From Octopus vulgaris (lineage: Eukaryota), in NCBI GenBank assembly GCA_951406725.2, contig OX597828.1:19344001-19408000 (forward strand): a DNA stretch of 64,000 nt, given 5' to 3'. Made by a program: the position numbers and the translations under genes. The notes beneath the pieces were generated by a model, which was given only the letters and a program-made list of their open reading frames with translations, was not told where the DNA came from and did not search any database. Of this stretch, positions 12,941-26,664 are shown in pieces; within the stretch, counting starts at the first letter, position 1, and every line of letters begins with the position of its first letter.

Positions 12941-13291
12941 TTAAACGGACATTCTTTCGGTATTTTTTTAATTTACTTTTTGCATGCCTTATTCAGTTCT
13001 ATGTACTTCTAGTTGGTCACGCAAGCACACACATACACTCATTATATTTCATATACACATACATACATAAATTCATATGCATACATCTTTTTTGTATATA
13101 TGTGTGCATATATCCACACATATATAAGTATATAAGCATGGCTGTGTGGTAAGAAGCCTGCTTCCCAACCACATGGTTCCAGGTTCAGTCTCACTGCGTG
13201 GCATCATGGGCGAGTGTCTTCTATTACAGCCTTGGGACAACTAAAACCTTGTGGGTGGATTTGGTAGACAGAAACTGAAAGAAGCCTGTAA

Positions 13292-14151
13292 TCTTATATA
13301 TTAAAACTGAAAGTGTTTGTGCGTGTGTTTGTGTATCGGTATGTTCTCGTTTTTGCATCAAAATGGCTTGACCAATTTTTCTTAAACTTCAAACGTACAT
13401 TCCTTATGTATCTGGGGAGGTTTTAAGTATTAATTGATTTCGAAAAAATGTTCGGGTAAACAGCAAGAGGAATAACATTTGGGCATGAGTGAACGGTGTG
13501 AGTAATTATTTTCCCTCCTGGAAATAACCATCAAGGGAAATAACCCATTCATTTTCATTATGCTTATTTCTTAGTATTTGAAGTGTTTTAGTTATCTTCT
13601 CACTTTATCCAAGACAACACTTAAACAAGTAAATAGTATTCTCCTAAACAATAGATCCACTTATTTCGGTTAGTGACTTATTCACAAATATAGCAACACT
13701 AGCGCTGCTGAGGGGAATATTCTCTGGGAACGCACAAAAGCATTTTTTCACAGTTAATTACTCTGAATTCTTATTATCTCATATCTGATAAGCCTGTTAT
13801 TACGTAACATGTTTCACGATTTTAGTATACATATCTTATTAGTATTTCCTCCTAAAATCTATATACTCTGGGAACATATTAAAGCCCTTTTCGGGGCTAC
13901 ATTATTTGAATTCTTACTATAGGGTAATAAATTTCATGTTATTACATAACTGACTTCACAATTTGAGTATTCATAACTTATTGGGAATTCCAAAAAACAA
14001 GATCCTTTGTAAGACAGTTCGGTATTCTCAAGGCTACATACTTTAAGGGCTACATACTTTGTATTGTTGTTACTGAATTAGCAAAACAATTATGAGAACA
14101 GAACTAAGGGATAAGCCCGCTTTCCTGGAAATTATGGGGTATGTCAGCTAC
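13292..14151 (+). mobile_element. Non-autonomous Helitron-like element inserted into a SINE
   Basis: 5' A|TCTTATATATTAAAA plus (TG)-rich sequence as in the other Helitrons here. Degenerate 3' hairpin and CTAC in place of CTAG. Interrupts a family A SINE starting at ~13138. Confidence 0.45.
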
Positions 14152-14337
14152 TATATATATAATATATATATGCTTATTATAGCCTCAGGTCAACCAAAAC
14201 CTTGTAAGTGGATTTCGTACTCGGAAACTGAAAGAAGACTGTCGTGTATATGTGTATGTGTGTGCATGTTTTGTGTTTGTAGCCCAACAATTGCTTGCTA
14301 ACTGGTGTTGCTGTGTTTACATTCCTGTAACTTAGCA

Positions 14338-14571
14338 AAGGCGGCAAGCTGGCAGAGTTGTTAGCACACTGGGCGAAATGCGTAGCCGTATTTCATCTGC
14401 CGTTACGTTCTGGGTTCAAATTCTGTCGAGGTCGACTTTGCCTTTCATCCTTTCGGGGTTGATTAAATAAGTACCAGTTACGCACTGGGGTCAATATAAT
14501 CGACTTAATCCATTTGTCTGTCCTTGTTTGTCCCCTCTGTGTTTAGCCCCTTGTGGGTAGTAAAGAAATAA
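14338..14571 (+). mobile_element. tRNA-derived SINE family B
   Basis: aaggcggcaagctggcagag...ggttcaaattc...ggtcgactttgcctttcatcctttcgggg...gccccttgtggg. Further copies at 75-282(-), 23571-23805, 33389-33596(-), 42605-42810(-), 43305-43530(-), 62651-62879 and 63040-63188(-). Confidence 0.8.
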
Positions 14572-15096
14572 GTTTGGTATAAGACACTGACAGAATGAGT
14601 ACTCGGCTTACAAAGAATAAATCCTGTGGTTGATTTCTTGACCAATGGCGGTGCTCCAGCATGGCCGCAGTCAGATGACTGAAACAAGTAAAACAATAAA
14701 AATCTATGCCATTTTAATCCCACGAAGGCCGGGTATCTCTGCGAGTGTATATTTGTGTGTGTCTGTGTTTGTATCCCCCACCATCACTTGACAACCAATG
14801 TTGGTGTGTTTACATCCTCATAACCTAACAGTCGGCAAAAGAGACCAATAGAATAAGTAGTAGGCATACAAGGAATAAGACCTGGGGTTGATTTGTTCGA
14901 CTTAAGACGGTACTCCAGCATGGACGTAGTCAAATAACTGAAATGAATAAAAGAATACATATACATACGTGTATGTGTGTGTGTGTGTGTGTGTGTTTAT
15001 AGATAGCTAGCTATCTAGACACACAAATGTATAAATATATACAAAAACGTACATACAAAACACACACACATTTATGTGTGTGTGTGTGTGTGTGTA

Positions 15097-15495
15097 TCTC
15101 TATATATATAAAGCTGAAGTTGTCTGTGTGTGGCAGGTTTGGTAGCCTTCAACTAACACTATCTCCTCCGAGACCCTGCGGCACAAGTTGACCAAAATTG
15201 AGTGTATGATAGAATAAGGCTTGCTCTTCCGTCTGTGGAAGAAAAAATTCAAATCGGACCTTGTTAACACCAAAGCTTGTTTACATCAAAAAGGTGCTAT
15301 ATTTTCTATGAAAATCCCTATTTTTTACGATTATTTGACTGCTGTGTCGTCATTTTTCGGGGTATTTCAACCAGAAAAATGTTCACTTAAAGAGAATAAC
15401 AAGCTACATAATGCAAACTTTTTACTTTTCAAAAATTCCAATTCTAAAGGGTCGAAAAGAAAACTAGCTCAAGCAACACTGGGCTATACTGCTAG
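15097..15495 (+). mobile_element. Short non-autonomous Helitron
   Basis: A|TC start (tctctatatatataaag) and 3' gggctatactgCTAG|T, identical to the 3' end of the large Helitron at 39153. Confidence 0.8.
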
Positions 15496-15511
15496 TATAT
15501 GAATATATATA

Positions 15512-15603
<92 letters not shown>

Positions 15604-15784
15604 GTTAATCCGAACATGAACAAAGAGAAAACGCAAGGACGGGGAACAAGTATAGTGTTATTTGGAAGGAAAGAAAGAAGGAGGATTTAAAGTTTCGAGT
15701 GGAGCTCTTCATCAGAAGCAGAAAGAGGAAAGGTCAAAGGAAGGGAAGACAGAAAAAGAAAATCGCCAACAATACACACGCAGT

Positions 15785-15817
<33 letters not shown>

Positions 15818-15837
15818 GTGTATATATATATATATAT

Positions 15838-18800
15838 CAGGGGCGTGCACTCTCAGCAATGCAAGGTATGCGCTGCATGCCTTCCTTGTTTCAAAGAAAA
15901 TACGTCCAGTTGTTTTAGAAATATTGTCTCCACTTCGTACATCTGCTTTGATAAATGCTTTTAGAAGATCGCATGATACACACTCCCTCTCTGTCTGTAT
16001 TAGTTTGTCCTTCCTTCCCTCTCTCTCTCTCTATCTTAGTGACTCGATAAATTTATCGCTTGTCATGCGTTGGGAAGACAGCATGAGTCCCTTCTCTCTG
16101 TCTTTGATAGTTTGTCCCTTCTCCCTCTTTCTTTGTTTAAAAGATATACTACGAGGAATGGTCACCCCCTTCTCTCTCAGCGATTCGACAAATTCAGTTT
16201 GGCGTGTCATGCTGTGCTTAGATCGCATATCACGCCTCTGGCTATTTTGACCGGAACACGAGCCGTCCCATAATTCTTGTTTTAGCCAGCTGAAATGTTG
16301 GAATAGCCTTCGCATGTAAGTTTGAAATTTTTTATCCAAAACATCCGTTTGCACTATCATATTTTTAGAAAGTTTTGAAAGCAAAAATATCTACATTATA
16401 TTTCTTATTTCAGAAATAGCTAATTAATCTTAAATTAATTTAACAAAGGGTATTTTTCCGTTTTGTTGAAATTGACTTAAAATTTACGCCGGCGCTTCCA
16501 CGTGGGTCCTTAAATAAGAGCAGCCTTTTTAAAAATGAGTGAAATGTGTGCTATAAACGATATTTTGAGAACTAGTTTTTCTAAAAGGGACTTCGATGGG
16601 AAAAAATTAATTATAAATCGCGGGAGACCAACACCGAATTTACCTAATTTGCGAAGCTACAACAAGAAATTCACGAGACAATTTCAGGTTAATTCGTATG
16701 AAAAGAAGAAATGGTTAACTGGAAGTGTTGCTCTTAATAAATTATTCTGTTGGCCGTGTTTACTTTTTGGCTTAGAAAAAAATGTTTGGAATGATAAAGG
16801 CTATGATGATTTAAATAATTTACATATGGCTATGCTAAAGCACGAGCGTTCTCAAAGGCATATAAAATGTTTGATAGACCTTAAAATATTCGGGAATGTT
16901 CGCATAGACTTACAATTAGATGCACGTAAAAATCAAAGCGTACAACAGCATAATGAGAAAGTTCGACGAAACAGATCCATTCTGCAACGATTGATCGATG
17001 TTGTTATTTTTTTAGGCCTCCAGGAATTATCGTTTCGGGGTCATTTTGAATCTGAAGGCTCTAATAATCGGGGAAATTATAAAGAACTCGTTTATTTGAT
17101 CAGTAAGTATGACAAACAAATGGAAAGTCATTTAGATACAGCTTCTATCTTCACTGGTCTGTCGAACAGAATTCAAAATGACTTGATCGAAGCAATTCAT
17201 AAAGTTATGTTGAATGAGATGCAGAAGGAAATTGACCAAGCTAAGTTTGTTTCTATTCTTGTTGATGAGACATCTGATGTCTCAGCATCTTCACAACTGT
17301 CAACAGTTTTACGTTATGTTACAGAAGACTGTGTGACGAAAGAACGATTTATCGGTTTTTGTGATGTTAGTGCAGATCGATCTGCAAATGCTTTATCTGA
17401 ACATGTTTTTAAATGCATTGAGACGTGGGAATGTGGAAACAAATTGATTGCGCAGACATATGATGGTGCCGCTACAATGGCAGGACAACTAAATGGGTTA
17501 CAGGCAAAAGTAAGAAAGAAATATGAATGTGCGATCTTTATTCATTGTTGTGCCCATATCCTAAATTTAGTTCTTTCACAATCATGCTCTGCTATGAAAG
17601 AATGCAAGATATTTTTTTCTACAATAAATGAACTCAGTACATTTTTTACGAAATCACCGAAAAGGACTAATGCATTAGATAATATTGTTAAAAAAAGATT
17701 TCCGAAAGCAACAGCAACTAGATGGAATTACTCCTCACGTCTTATTATTACCACAAAGGAAAATTATAATTTCATAATCAGCCTTTTTGAACACATCATT
17801 GAAAATCCTGAAGCATGGGATGAGACCACCATAAATTCAGCAATTGGATTCTTACACATTTTAAAAGCTCCTGATTTCTTATTTTTGTTAGAGGTATTCA
17901 GTGACATTTTTTCTTTTACTGACGTCTTATTTAACATACTCCAGAGTAAAAGTCATGACATAGTGTATTGTAAACAGCAAATAGATAAAACTAGAACTGT
18001 ACTCGAAAACAAACTTGATAATTTTTCAGTCTTTTATGATAGGTTAGGGGAAAAATATGGAGTCGATGCAGGAATCGGAATTCAGAGATCCAAGAATATA
18101 TCTATTGATCCCCAACGACATTATAGAACGCTTTATAACAAAATTATAAGTACAATAGTTGACCAAATAAAAGCACAATATTCATCCTTAGAAGAGTTTA
18201 AATTCATGGAACTTTTGAATTTCAACAAAGTTGATGAGTATTGCAAACAATTTCCTGTGGACTCTTTAGATTCTTTAAGAACAACTTATGGCAGATTTTT
18301 TGATGTAATACGATTACAAAGTGATGTATTCAATGAAAGATTTTAAAAAACCAAGTGTAAGTCATTTAATGAGTTACATTAACAGCACTGATCTTGTTGA
18401 AGCTATGCCAGAACTCTTCAATCTGTGCAAGTTGATTTTGACAATTCCGTCTACCACTGCTTCTGTAGAGCGATCCTTTTCTGCATTAAGTAGAATTAAA
18501 ACATACCAAAGAAATGCGACAGGAGAAAGAAGACTGTCTGGGTTAGCACTAATGTCAATTGAAAAAGATTTATTACAAGAATTGATGAAAAGAGAAGATT
18601 TCTATGAAAATGTGATAGATATATTTGCCCAGAAAGATCGAAGAATTGAATTAATTTATAAATGAGCTAAGTAACATTTTAAAACATTAAAAAAAATATA
18701 TATTAAAGAGCATATATTACAGGTTTTGCTTAGTGTTTGTTATAACGTAAGGTTCGACCTTCTTACATCAGTATTGTTTCGCAGGAGAAATGTTTTGATT

Positions 18801-19622
18801 TCTTCGTGAAACCTACCTACATAGATTTCCCTTTCTGTGCTGCTGGGTGTAGTCTATTTACGGCCGTAAATAAGTGTTTTGTTTCACTTTCAATAAGTGT
18901 CTTGTTTCAACCTCAGAGATGTTGACTTCTGCCACAACAGTTTTGGGAGGCTTTTTACAATGTTGAATTTTCGCTGTCTTTCATTGTGTGCGTATTCATG
19001 TATATGCGTGTATTTTCAATGTTTGTGCGTGAGACGTAGTCCTTTAATGTACGGAGTTCAGTAAGTCTCAGAACAGTCAATAATTTTTCCGGAATTGACA
19101 AGTAGCATGATAAAGAACCTGACTTGTCTTCGAGAGCGTAACGATCTAAAACCATGGCCATATAATGTAACTAAATGTGTTCTTTTAATTAAATCATTTC
19201 ATTCAGCTCAACCGATAGGTATAGGGGCTAATGCAGAATCGCACCCCTTTGAAAAACGAATTTATGTGAAAAATTTTTTTCGGATTCCTACCTTTAACAG
19301 AGATTCTGAATATGCAAAAATATTGACAGAATCCAATTTCATCTTTATTACATTTCACTTATGATTTTTAGACTTTTCTAAGGGAGAATGAGGATGGGAA
19401 AGTACTGACGTTTCGAAGAGCAAAGAATAATACAAACAATACACTTATTTCAGGATCATCTCTGCACAGCCATTTTTTATTCCCTGTTTATTCTGCATAT
19501 TCAGAATCTCTTATATGTAAATCGTAGGAATACGAAAATGTTTTACTGAAAAATTGCCGGTGGGAAGGGGGGGGGGCAATGAAATTAATTGCATGCCCAA
19601 CGCCGGAAGTCACCGCACGCCA

Positions 19623-19625
<3 letters not shown>
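15838..19625 (+). mobile_element. hAT DNA transposon, full length (3788 bp)
   Basis: TIRs CAGGGGCGTGC (15838) and GCACGCCACTG (ends 19625), 1 mismatch in 11. Flanked by ATATATAT on both sides (8-bp TSD, but inside a TA tract). Contains the transposase. Confidence 0.92.
16535..18665 (+). pseudogene. hAT transposase (ZMYM1-like; TTF zinc finger, DDE core, C-terminal dimerization domain) with one frameshift at ~18320
   Basis: WLTGS...LFCWPCLLF...KHERSQRH zinc finger; ILVDETSD, YDGAATM, HCCAHILNL and TRW. A second frame (18321-18665) has LILTIPSTTASVERSFSALSRIKT. Confidence 0.88.
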
Positions 19626-19661
<36 letters not shown>

Positions 19662-19664
<3 letters not shown>

Positions 19665-20374
19665 CACGACCTTCGAACTTTAGGCCTCACCAAGGAAATG
19701 ACTAGTGACCGAGACCCTTGGAAATATGCCGTGCATGAGAAGACTTGGCAAACCAAATGAAACCATAATCTCATGGCCTATGCCAGCGGCGTAACCAGCC
19801 CACTTGTGCATAACCTTTCCTTCTTTGGTCACTAAAACTCTGCTTGTGAAGACCTGTTGAGGCAAGAAAAATCAAATCAAACCAATCAAAAGCAAAATCA
19901 AAATCAAATTTGATGACTGGCGTCCATGCTGGCAGGGTGCAAAGAGCACCATACGAGTGTGATCGTTACCAGCGTCGCCTTACTGGCACTTGTGGCCATG
20001 CTAGTAGGGTGCCAAGAGCACCATCCAAGTGTGATCGTTGCCAGAGCAGCCAACTGACTTCCATGCCAGTGGCACGTAAAAGGGCACCATTCAAGCATGA
20101 TTGTTACCAATGCCACCTTACTGGCACCTGTGCTGGTGGCATGTGTAAAAAGACTCAAGCGAGGTCGTTGCCAGAACCGCCTGACTGGCCCCCATGTCGG
20201 TGTCACATAAAAAGCTTCCACTACACTCTCGGAGTGGTTGGTGTTAGGAAGGGCATCCAGCTGTAGAAACTCTGCCATATCATGATTGGAGACTGGTAAG
20301 ACCATCTGGTTTGCCAGCCCTCAGTCAAAATCGTCCATGCTAGCATGGAAAGCGGACGTTAAACGACGATGATG
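19662..20374 (+). mobile_element. RTE-type LINE 3' end with (GAT)n-like tail
   Basis: KHDLRTLGLTKEMTSDRDPWKYAV resembles an RTE ORF2 C-terminus. The 3' UTR has internal repeats and ends ggacgttaaacgacgatgatg. Confidence 0.65.
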
Positions 20375-20658
20375 TACTAGGCTTACAAAGAACAAGTTAG
20401 AGCTGAACACAGCACGCGAAAAGGAAGGAATTGCCTTTCTAACGTTTATCGGCAATCTTTTGCTTTCACCCTGCAAACATGTCATTACTGTTCATTGATT
20501 TCACCCATCGCTACATTCCGAGTTCAAACTCCACCAAGGTTCACTTTGCCTTTCATCCTGTTAACGTTGATAAATTAAGTACTACTCAAGTAATGGGGTT
20601 GATGTAATCGACTGGTCCCTCCCAACAAATCTGATATCTTGCGCCTATTGTAGAAAGG

Positions 20659-20709
<51 letters not shown>

Positions 20710-21604
20710 GAGTGAGATAGTGGTGCATGCCATCAAAGTAACACTGGGGTAAAATATACAAAGCCCAGTATACCCATCATGACTATCCGTCTGATAAGGA
20801 TACACTGGGCACATGCATCACAACCATATGTGCGCAGGCAGGTACGTTGATAAGCAAGTAGGTCGGGTGGGGTGGGGGGCAGACAGGTAGGTAGATACGC
20901 AGGTTTCTTTCAGTTTCTGTTAACCAAATCCACTCACAAGGTTTTGGTTGGCCCAGGACCAAAGTACAAGACACTTGCACAATGCGACACCCTGTGGGAT
21001 TGAACCTGAGACCACATAGTCAACCCCACAGCAACACCTGCACCTATAACCACAGATGTGCCTAATCACTTCTTCATATTAAATTTTGTTTATTTTTAAA
21101 ACAAAGTACCAATGTCGATCTGAAGACAGCATCTATGCCACTTTGGTCATTAAAAATTCCTAATTTGATGGGTTATATCAAAAGTGCTGCTGAGAACTGG
21201 AGGCCTTGACTTCAGGTTCAAGACCACACTGGTTTGATGAGTCTACTCTGCTACAATAACTTGACATGACTTGGCAGCAGAATGCAGTTTAGTCTCATAC
21301 CTAAAGTAAGTGGACAACAAATACTATGGGGATGTGCAGCTTTTGGTACATTGAATCAAATCATAAGCAGTAATTTTGCTATGCTCAAAAGGAAAGGTCT
21401 TCAGCCAGTGTGTTTTGCTTATGGTAACATAGACTACCAGCAAAAGTTTTGAAAATAAATTAAGATCAACACAAAGAACCATGGAAAGGAGAACGCTAAA
21501 GATTAACAAAAATGGATAAGTGGAGAATCAACAGGATAAGAGCAGCAACAGATTTAACAGATATTACCTGGAAAAAAAAAAATTCTGAAATGGTTTTTTT
21601 GGTA

Positions 21605-22386
21605 GGGACGTAAAAAGCACCATTCGAGCGTGATTGTTACCAGCGTCCCCTTACTGGCACTTGTGCCAGTGGCATATGAAAAAACATTTGAGTGAGGTCG
21701 TTGCCAGTGCCGCTGGACTGGCTCCTGTGCAGGTGGCATGAAAAAAACGCCATTTGAGTGTGGCCATTGCTAGTACCGCCTGACTGGCCCTCGTGCTGGT
21801 GGCACGTAAAAGCACACACTACAGTCTCGAAGTGGTTGGCATTAGGAAGGGCATCCAGCTGTAGTAACTCTGCCAGATCAAGATTGGAACCTGGTGCAGC
21901 CATCTGGATCGCCAGTCCTCAGTCAAATCGTCCAACCCATGCCAGCATGGAAAGCAGATGTTAGAGCGGCTAACCGGCTTCCATGCCAGTGGTACATAAA
22001 AAGCACCATTCGAGTGTGATCATTACCAACGTCGCCTTACTGGCACTTGTACCTGTGCTAGTAGGATGCCAAGAGCACCATCCGAGCGTGATCATTGCTA
22101 GAGGGAACCATTCGTGCGTGATCATTACCAGCGTTGCCTTACTGGCACCTGTGCAAGATTTGAGCAGGGTCATTGCCAGTACCGCCTGACTGGCCTCCAT
22201 GCAGGTAGCACGTAAAAAGCACCCACTACACTCTCGGAGTTGTTGGCATTAGGAAGGGCATGCAGCTGTAGAAACTCTGCCAGATCAAGACTGGAGCTTG
22301 GTGCAGCAATCTGGTTCTCCAGCCCACAGTCAAAATCGTCCAACCCATGCTAGCATGGAAAGCGGGCATTAAACAATGATGATGAT
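21605..22386 (+). mobile_element. Two tandem RTE 3'-UTR-derived repeats
   Basis: Both contain ggcattaggaagggcat(c/g)cagctgtag...tcgtccaacccatgc(c/t)agcatggaaagc; the second ends in gatgatgat. Confidence 0.65.
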
Positions 22387-22566
22387 ATGTGTTTTAAAGA
22401 AAGGACAATAAATGGAATAGCAAATTGACAGAGTGGACACCACATACAGAAGAAATGAAATGAAAGATTATGCAGAAGTTGGAATGAAAACTTTGTTAAA
22501 TTCTTCAGCATCCAAACATGCATGAGGGAAACATCTGGCCATGGTTGGTAGAAAGAACGTACTGAG

Positions 22567-22710
22567 CAGGGGTGTATATCCTGGATGTTCTAGGTGTGCG
22601 CTGCACCATCATCGAAAATGGTAAATTCATTATGAACATTGATCTTACTTATTAATTTAATCATAAATCATAGTGGAAAATTTTTGTTATACCTCTGCTT
22701 GAAATTGGCA
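22567..22710 (+). mobile_element. hAT-type MITE left-end fragment
   Basis: Homologous to 10160-10305. Confidence 0.55.
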
Positions 22711-22971
22711 TGTATCCTGAAATAGCACTGTGCAACTCACAGCTCATTGTATCATAATATAGTACCAGGCATATCATAGAATAATGGGGAAAAGGCAAAA
22801 AATTAATAACAATGGGTGTGTGACAGCTTTGACAGCACAGTCACGTGTTCATTTTTGTTGTGAGAAGTTGTTTGTTTAAATTAATTTAAAATTCCTAAAC
22901 TAAAGCTAATTTTTCTTACAGGTATTTTATCCTTACTATATCATCATATATTCAATTTATTTTATTTATAT

Positions 22972-23260
22972 ACCCTTTTCAAGCCTAGCCAGGTTCATGG
23001 GCCCAGTTTCCCGGTTTCTATGGCATATGTGTCCCCCCCCCCTGCTGGACAGGATGCCAGTCCATCGCAGCATTACTCAAGAAACAGGAAGAGAGAGTGA
23101 GAGAAAGTTGGGGCAAAAGAGTACAACAGGGGTCGCCGCCACCCCCTGCTGGAACCTCGTGGAGCTTTAGATGTTTTTGCTCTATAAACAGACACAACGC
23201 CCGGTCTGGGAATCGAAACTGCGACTCCACTGCCCTAACTACTGGGCCATTGTGCCTCCA
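22972..23260 (-). mobile_element. tRNA-derived SINE family C
   Basis: Reverse complement of the 5035 head and core. Confidence 0.75.
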
Positions 23261-23570
23261 CATATCATCATATAACTGTGATCTTAATTTTTTTTTTCAA
23301 ACTAATAATACACTTTTAGAAGTCAAAAACAAAACCTAAGTTAGATCAAATACTGAAAGATTGTGTTGATATTTTGCTCAGTGAATTTTGTGATTTTCTT
23401 AGTTATGTTCTTAGGCATTTTATTTGAAATTTAATTAGTGTTGATCTTAAATGTTTTTATATTAATAAAAATACACACTTTTAATTTAATTTTCAGTGAA
23501 TATATGCTGATTAGTAACAAAATTTAAGAGCTTCACAGCCTAAATTGTACTTGTGAGATGACTGTTCAGC

Positions 23571-23805
23571 AAGGTGGCAAGCTGGCAGAAATGTTAGCGC
23601 GCCACACAAAATGCTTAGCAGTATTTCATCTGACATTACGTACTGAGTTCAAATTCTGCCGAGGTCGACTTTGCCTTTCATCCTTTCGGGGTCGATAAAT
23701 TAAGTACCAGTTACGCACTGGGGTCAATGTAATCGACTTAATCCCTTTGTCTATCCTTATTTGTCCCCTCTATGTTTAGCCCCTTGTGGGCAATAAAGAA
23801 ATAAG
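23571..23805 (+). mobile_element. SINE family B
   Basis: Full-length match to 62651-62879. Confidence 0.8.
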
Positions 23806-23839
23806 AAACCTGTGTAGCCTAGTATAATACCAAGTAAAG

Positions 23840-24478
23840 TTTTGCATAAATTTGAATGAGGATCATCAGAGGACAATCAGTGACATGGTGGATGTTGTTG
23901 GTCTGTAATATGGGTCCATGCAGGCAATCCTAACATCTGATCTGAACATGTAGCATGTCTCTGCCAAGTTTTTCTCCTACGTGCTGACCACTGAACAAAA
24001 AGAGCATTGTGTTGAAGTCTCTCTTTTACCTGTTTCAGTCATTTGACTGCGGCCATGCTGGAGCACCGCCTTTTAATCGAGCAACTCGACCCCAGGATTT
24101 ATTCTTTTGTAAGCCCAGTACTTATTCTATCGGTCTCTTTTGCCGAACCGCTAAGTAACGGGGACGTAAACACACCAGCATCGGTTGTCAAGCAATGCTA
24201 GGGGGACAAACACAGACACACAAACACACACACATACACACACATATATATATATATACATATATACGACGGGCCTCTTTCAGTTTCCGTCTACCAAATC
24301 CACTCACAAGGCATTGGTCGGCCCGGGGCTATAGCAGAAGACACTTGCCCAAGATGCCATGCAGTGGGACTGAACCCGGAACCATATAGTTGGTTAGCAA
24401 GCTAATTACCACACAGCCACTCCTGTATCTGTTGAGATTCCCATCAATATGCCAATGGTGGCCCCTCCTTCATGTCCT
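23840..24478 (+). mobile_element. Degenerate mariner transposase fragment interrupted by a SINE
   Basis: Translates as EDHQRTISDMVDVVGL*YGSMQAILTSDLNM*HVSAKFFSYVLTTEQKEHCVE (mariner HTH/WVP-region pattern). Appears to resume after the SINE at ~24425. Confidence 0.55.
24019..24424 (-). mobile_element. SINE family A
   Basis: Full-length reverse-complement copy. Confidence 0.85.
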
Positions 24479-24651
24479 GCTGGGTTTCTAGCAACCCCTT
24501 CTCACCAGGTTAGCCTGGTAGGGTTGCTTGTTCAGTTGACAGCAATTCAACCATGAAGTAAATAGGATGTACTGGATTCCATGTTACCATTTAGCATTCA
24601 TGAGAGACCTCACAAGTGATCTCACACACACACACCCATATGGACATATAT

Positions 24652-24873
24652 CTGTGTGTGTATGTGTGTGTGCGTGTGTATGTGTGAGTGTGTGTTTGTG
24701 TGTGTGCGTGTGTGTGTGCATGTGCATGTGTATGTCTGTGTGCATGTGTGTGTGTGCGTGTGTATGTGTGCGCACGTGTGTGTGCGTGTGTGTGTGCGTG
24801 TGCATGTGTGTGTGTATGTGTGTGTGTATGTGTGTGTGTGTGTATGTATGTATGTGTGTGTGTATGTATATGG

Positions 24874-24904
<31 letters not shown>

Positions 24905-24908
24905 CGTG
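24652..24908. repeat. Compound (TG)n microsatellite
   Basis: About 250 bp of degenerate TG/TGCG/TATG repeats. Confidence 0.9.
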
Positions 24909-25129
24909 TCTTTATGCTTATGTTTGTCTCCCACCACCTCTTGACAGCTGCTATTCGCTTCTTTATGTCTCTGTGACTTAGAGGTTCAGCAAAAGAGACG
25001 ACAGAATAAGCACCAGGCTTGAAAATAAGTAATGGGGTTGATTTATTTGACTGACCCCTTCAGGTCACTGCCCCAGTATCATTGCAGTTCAATAATTGAA
25101 ACAAGTAAAAAATAGCAGACAGAAGGTGC

Positions 25130-25167
<38 letters not shown>

Positions 25168-25239
25168 AATCCAAACGGGAAAACAAAAAAACAACAACAG
25201 TGGAACAATTACAGTATTATTATTAATAGGCGCTCGTGC

Positions 25240-25399
25240 AGGAGTGGCTGTGTGGTAAGTAGCTTGTTTACCAACTACATGGTTCCGGGTTCAGTCCCAC
25301 TGCGTGGCACCTTGGGCAAGTTTCTTCTACTATAGCCTCGGGCCAACCAAAGCCTTGTGAGTGGATTTGGTAGACGGAAACTGAAAGAAGCCCATCGTA

Positions 25400-25437
<38 letters not shown>

Positions 25438-25656
25438 TGTGTGTGTTTGTGTGTCTGTGTTTGTCCCCCTAGCATTGCTTGACAAGCGATGCTGGTGTGT
25501 TTATGTCCCCGTTACTTAGCGGTTCGGCAAAACAGCCTGATAGAATAAGTACTGGGCTTACAAAAGAATAAGTCCCGGGGTCGAGTTGCTCAGTTAAAGG
25601 CGGTGCTCTAGCATGGCCGCAGTCAAATGACCGAAACAAGTAAAAGAGTAAAGAGT
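25240..25656 (+). mobile_element. SINE family A
   Basis: Full-length copy. Confidence 0.85.
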
Positions 25657-25663
25657 AATATCA

Positions 25664-26300
25664 ATCATCATCATCATCATCATCGTTTAACGTCTGTTTT
25701 TCATGCTGGCATGTGTTGGACGGTTCGACTGGGGTCTGGGAAACCAGGAGGCTGCACTAGGCCCCAATCTGACCTGGCAGTGTTTCTACAGCTGGATGTC
25801 CTTCCTAACACCAACCACTCCAAGAGTGTAGTGGGTGCCTTTTACATGCCACCAGCACGGAAGCCAGTCAAAGCGGCACTGGCATTGGCCACATTTGGAT
25901 GGTGCTTTTTACGTGCTACCAGCACGGGCTCACAACTACAATTTCCATTTGATTTGATGTTGATCTACTTGACTCAATAGGTCACCTCAAGAAAGGCATG
26001 TCATTCTACGATCCAAGGTACTTTTGAGTGGGCTGGCTATGCAACACTGGTGTAGGTTACAACTGAAGATTCACTTTATTTGCGGGGTCTTCTCAGTCAC
26101 AGCATACCTCCAGAGGTCTCGGTCTTTTGTCATTGCTTCTGTGAGGCTTAATATTTGAAGGTCATGCTTTACCACCTCATCCTATGTCTTCTTGGGTCTC
26201 CCTCTACCCTGGATTCCTACCACTGTTTGGGAGTGGCACTTCTTCACAGCTCTCCTCATCCATCCACAGTATATAACCATACCAACACAAACGTCTCTCA
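25664..26300 (-). mobile_element. RTE-type LINE 3' fragment
   Basis: Begins with (cat)n cgtttaacgtc; partly the reverse complement of 19662-20374. Confidence 0.6.
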
Positions 26301-26410
26301 TTGGTATGGTCATGTACTATGAATGGATGAGGAAAGCTGTACAAAGGACAATCCAATTATCTATTTACATTATAACATAATATACTATGAATATAATATA
26401 ATATAGGTGC

Positions 26411-26590
26411 AGGAGTGGCTGTGTGGTAAGTAGCTTGCTAACCAGCCACATGGTTCCAGGTTCAGTCCCACTGCATGGCACCTTGGGCAAGTGTCTTCTA
26501 CTATAGCCTCGGGCCGACCAAAGCCTTGTGAGTGGATTTGGTAGACGGAAACTGAAAGAGGCTCGTCGTATATATGTATATATATATATG

Positions 26591-26664
<74 letters not shown>

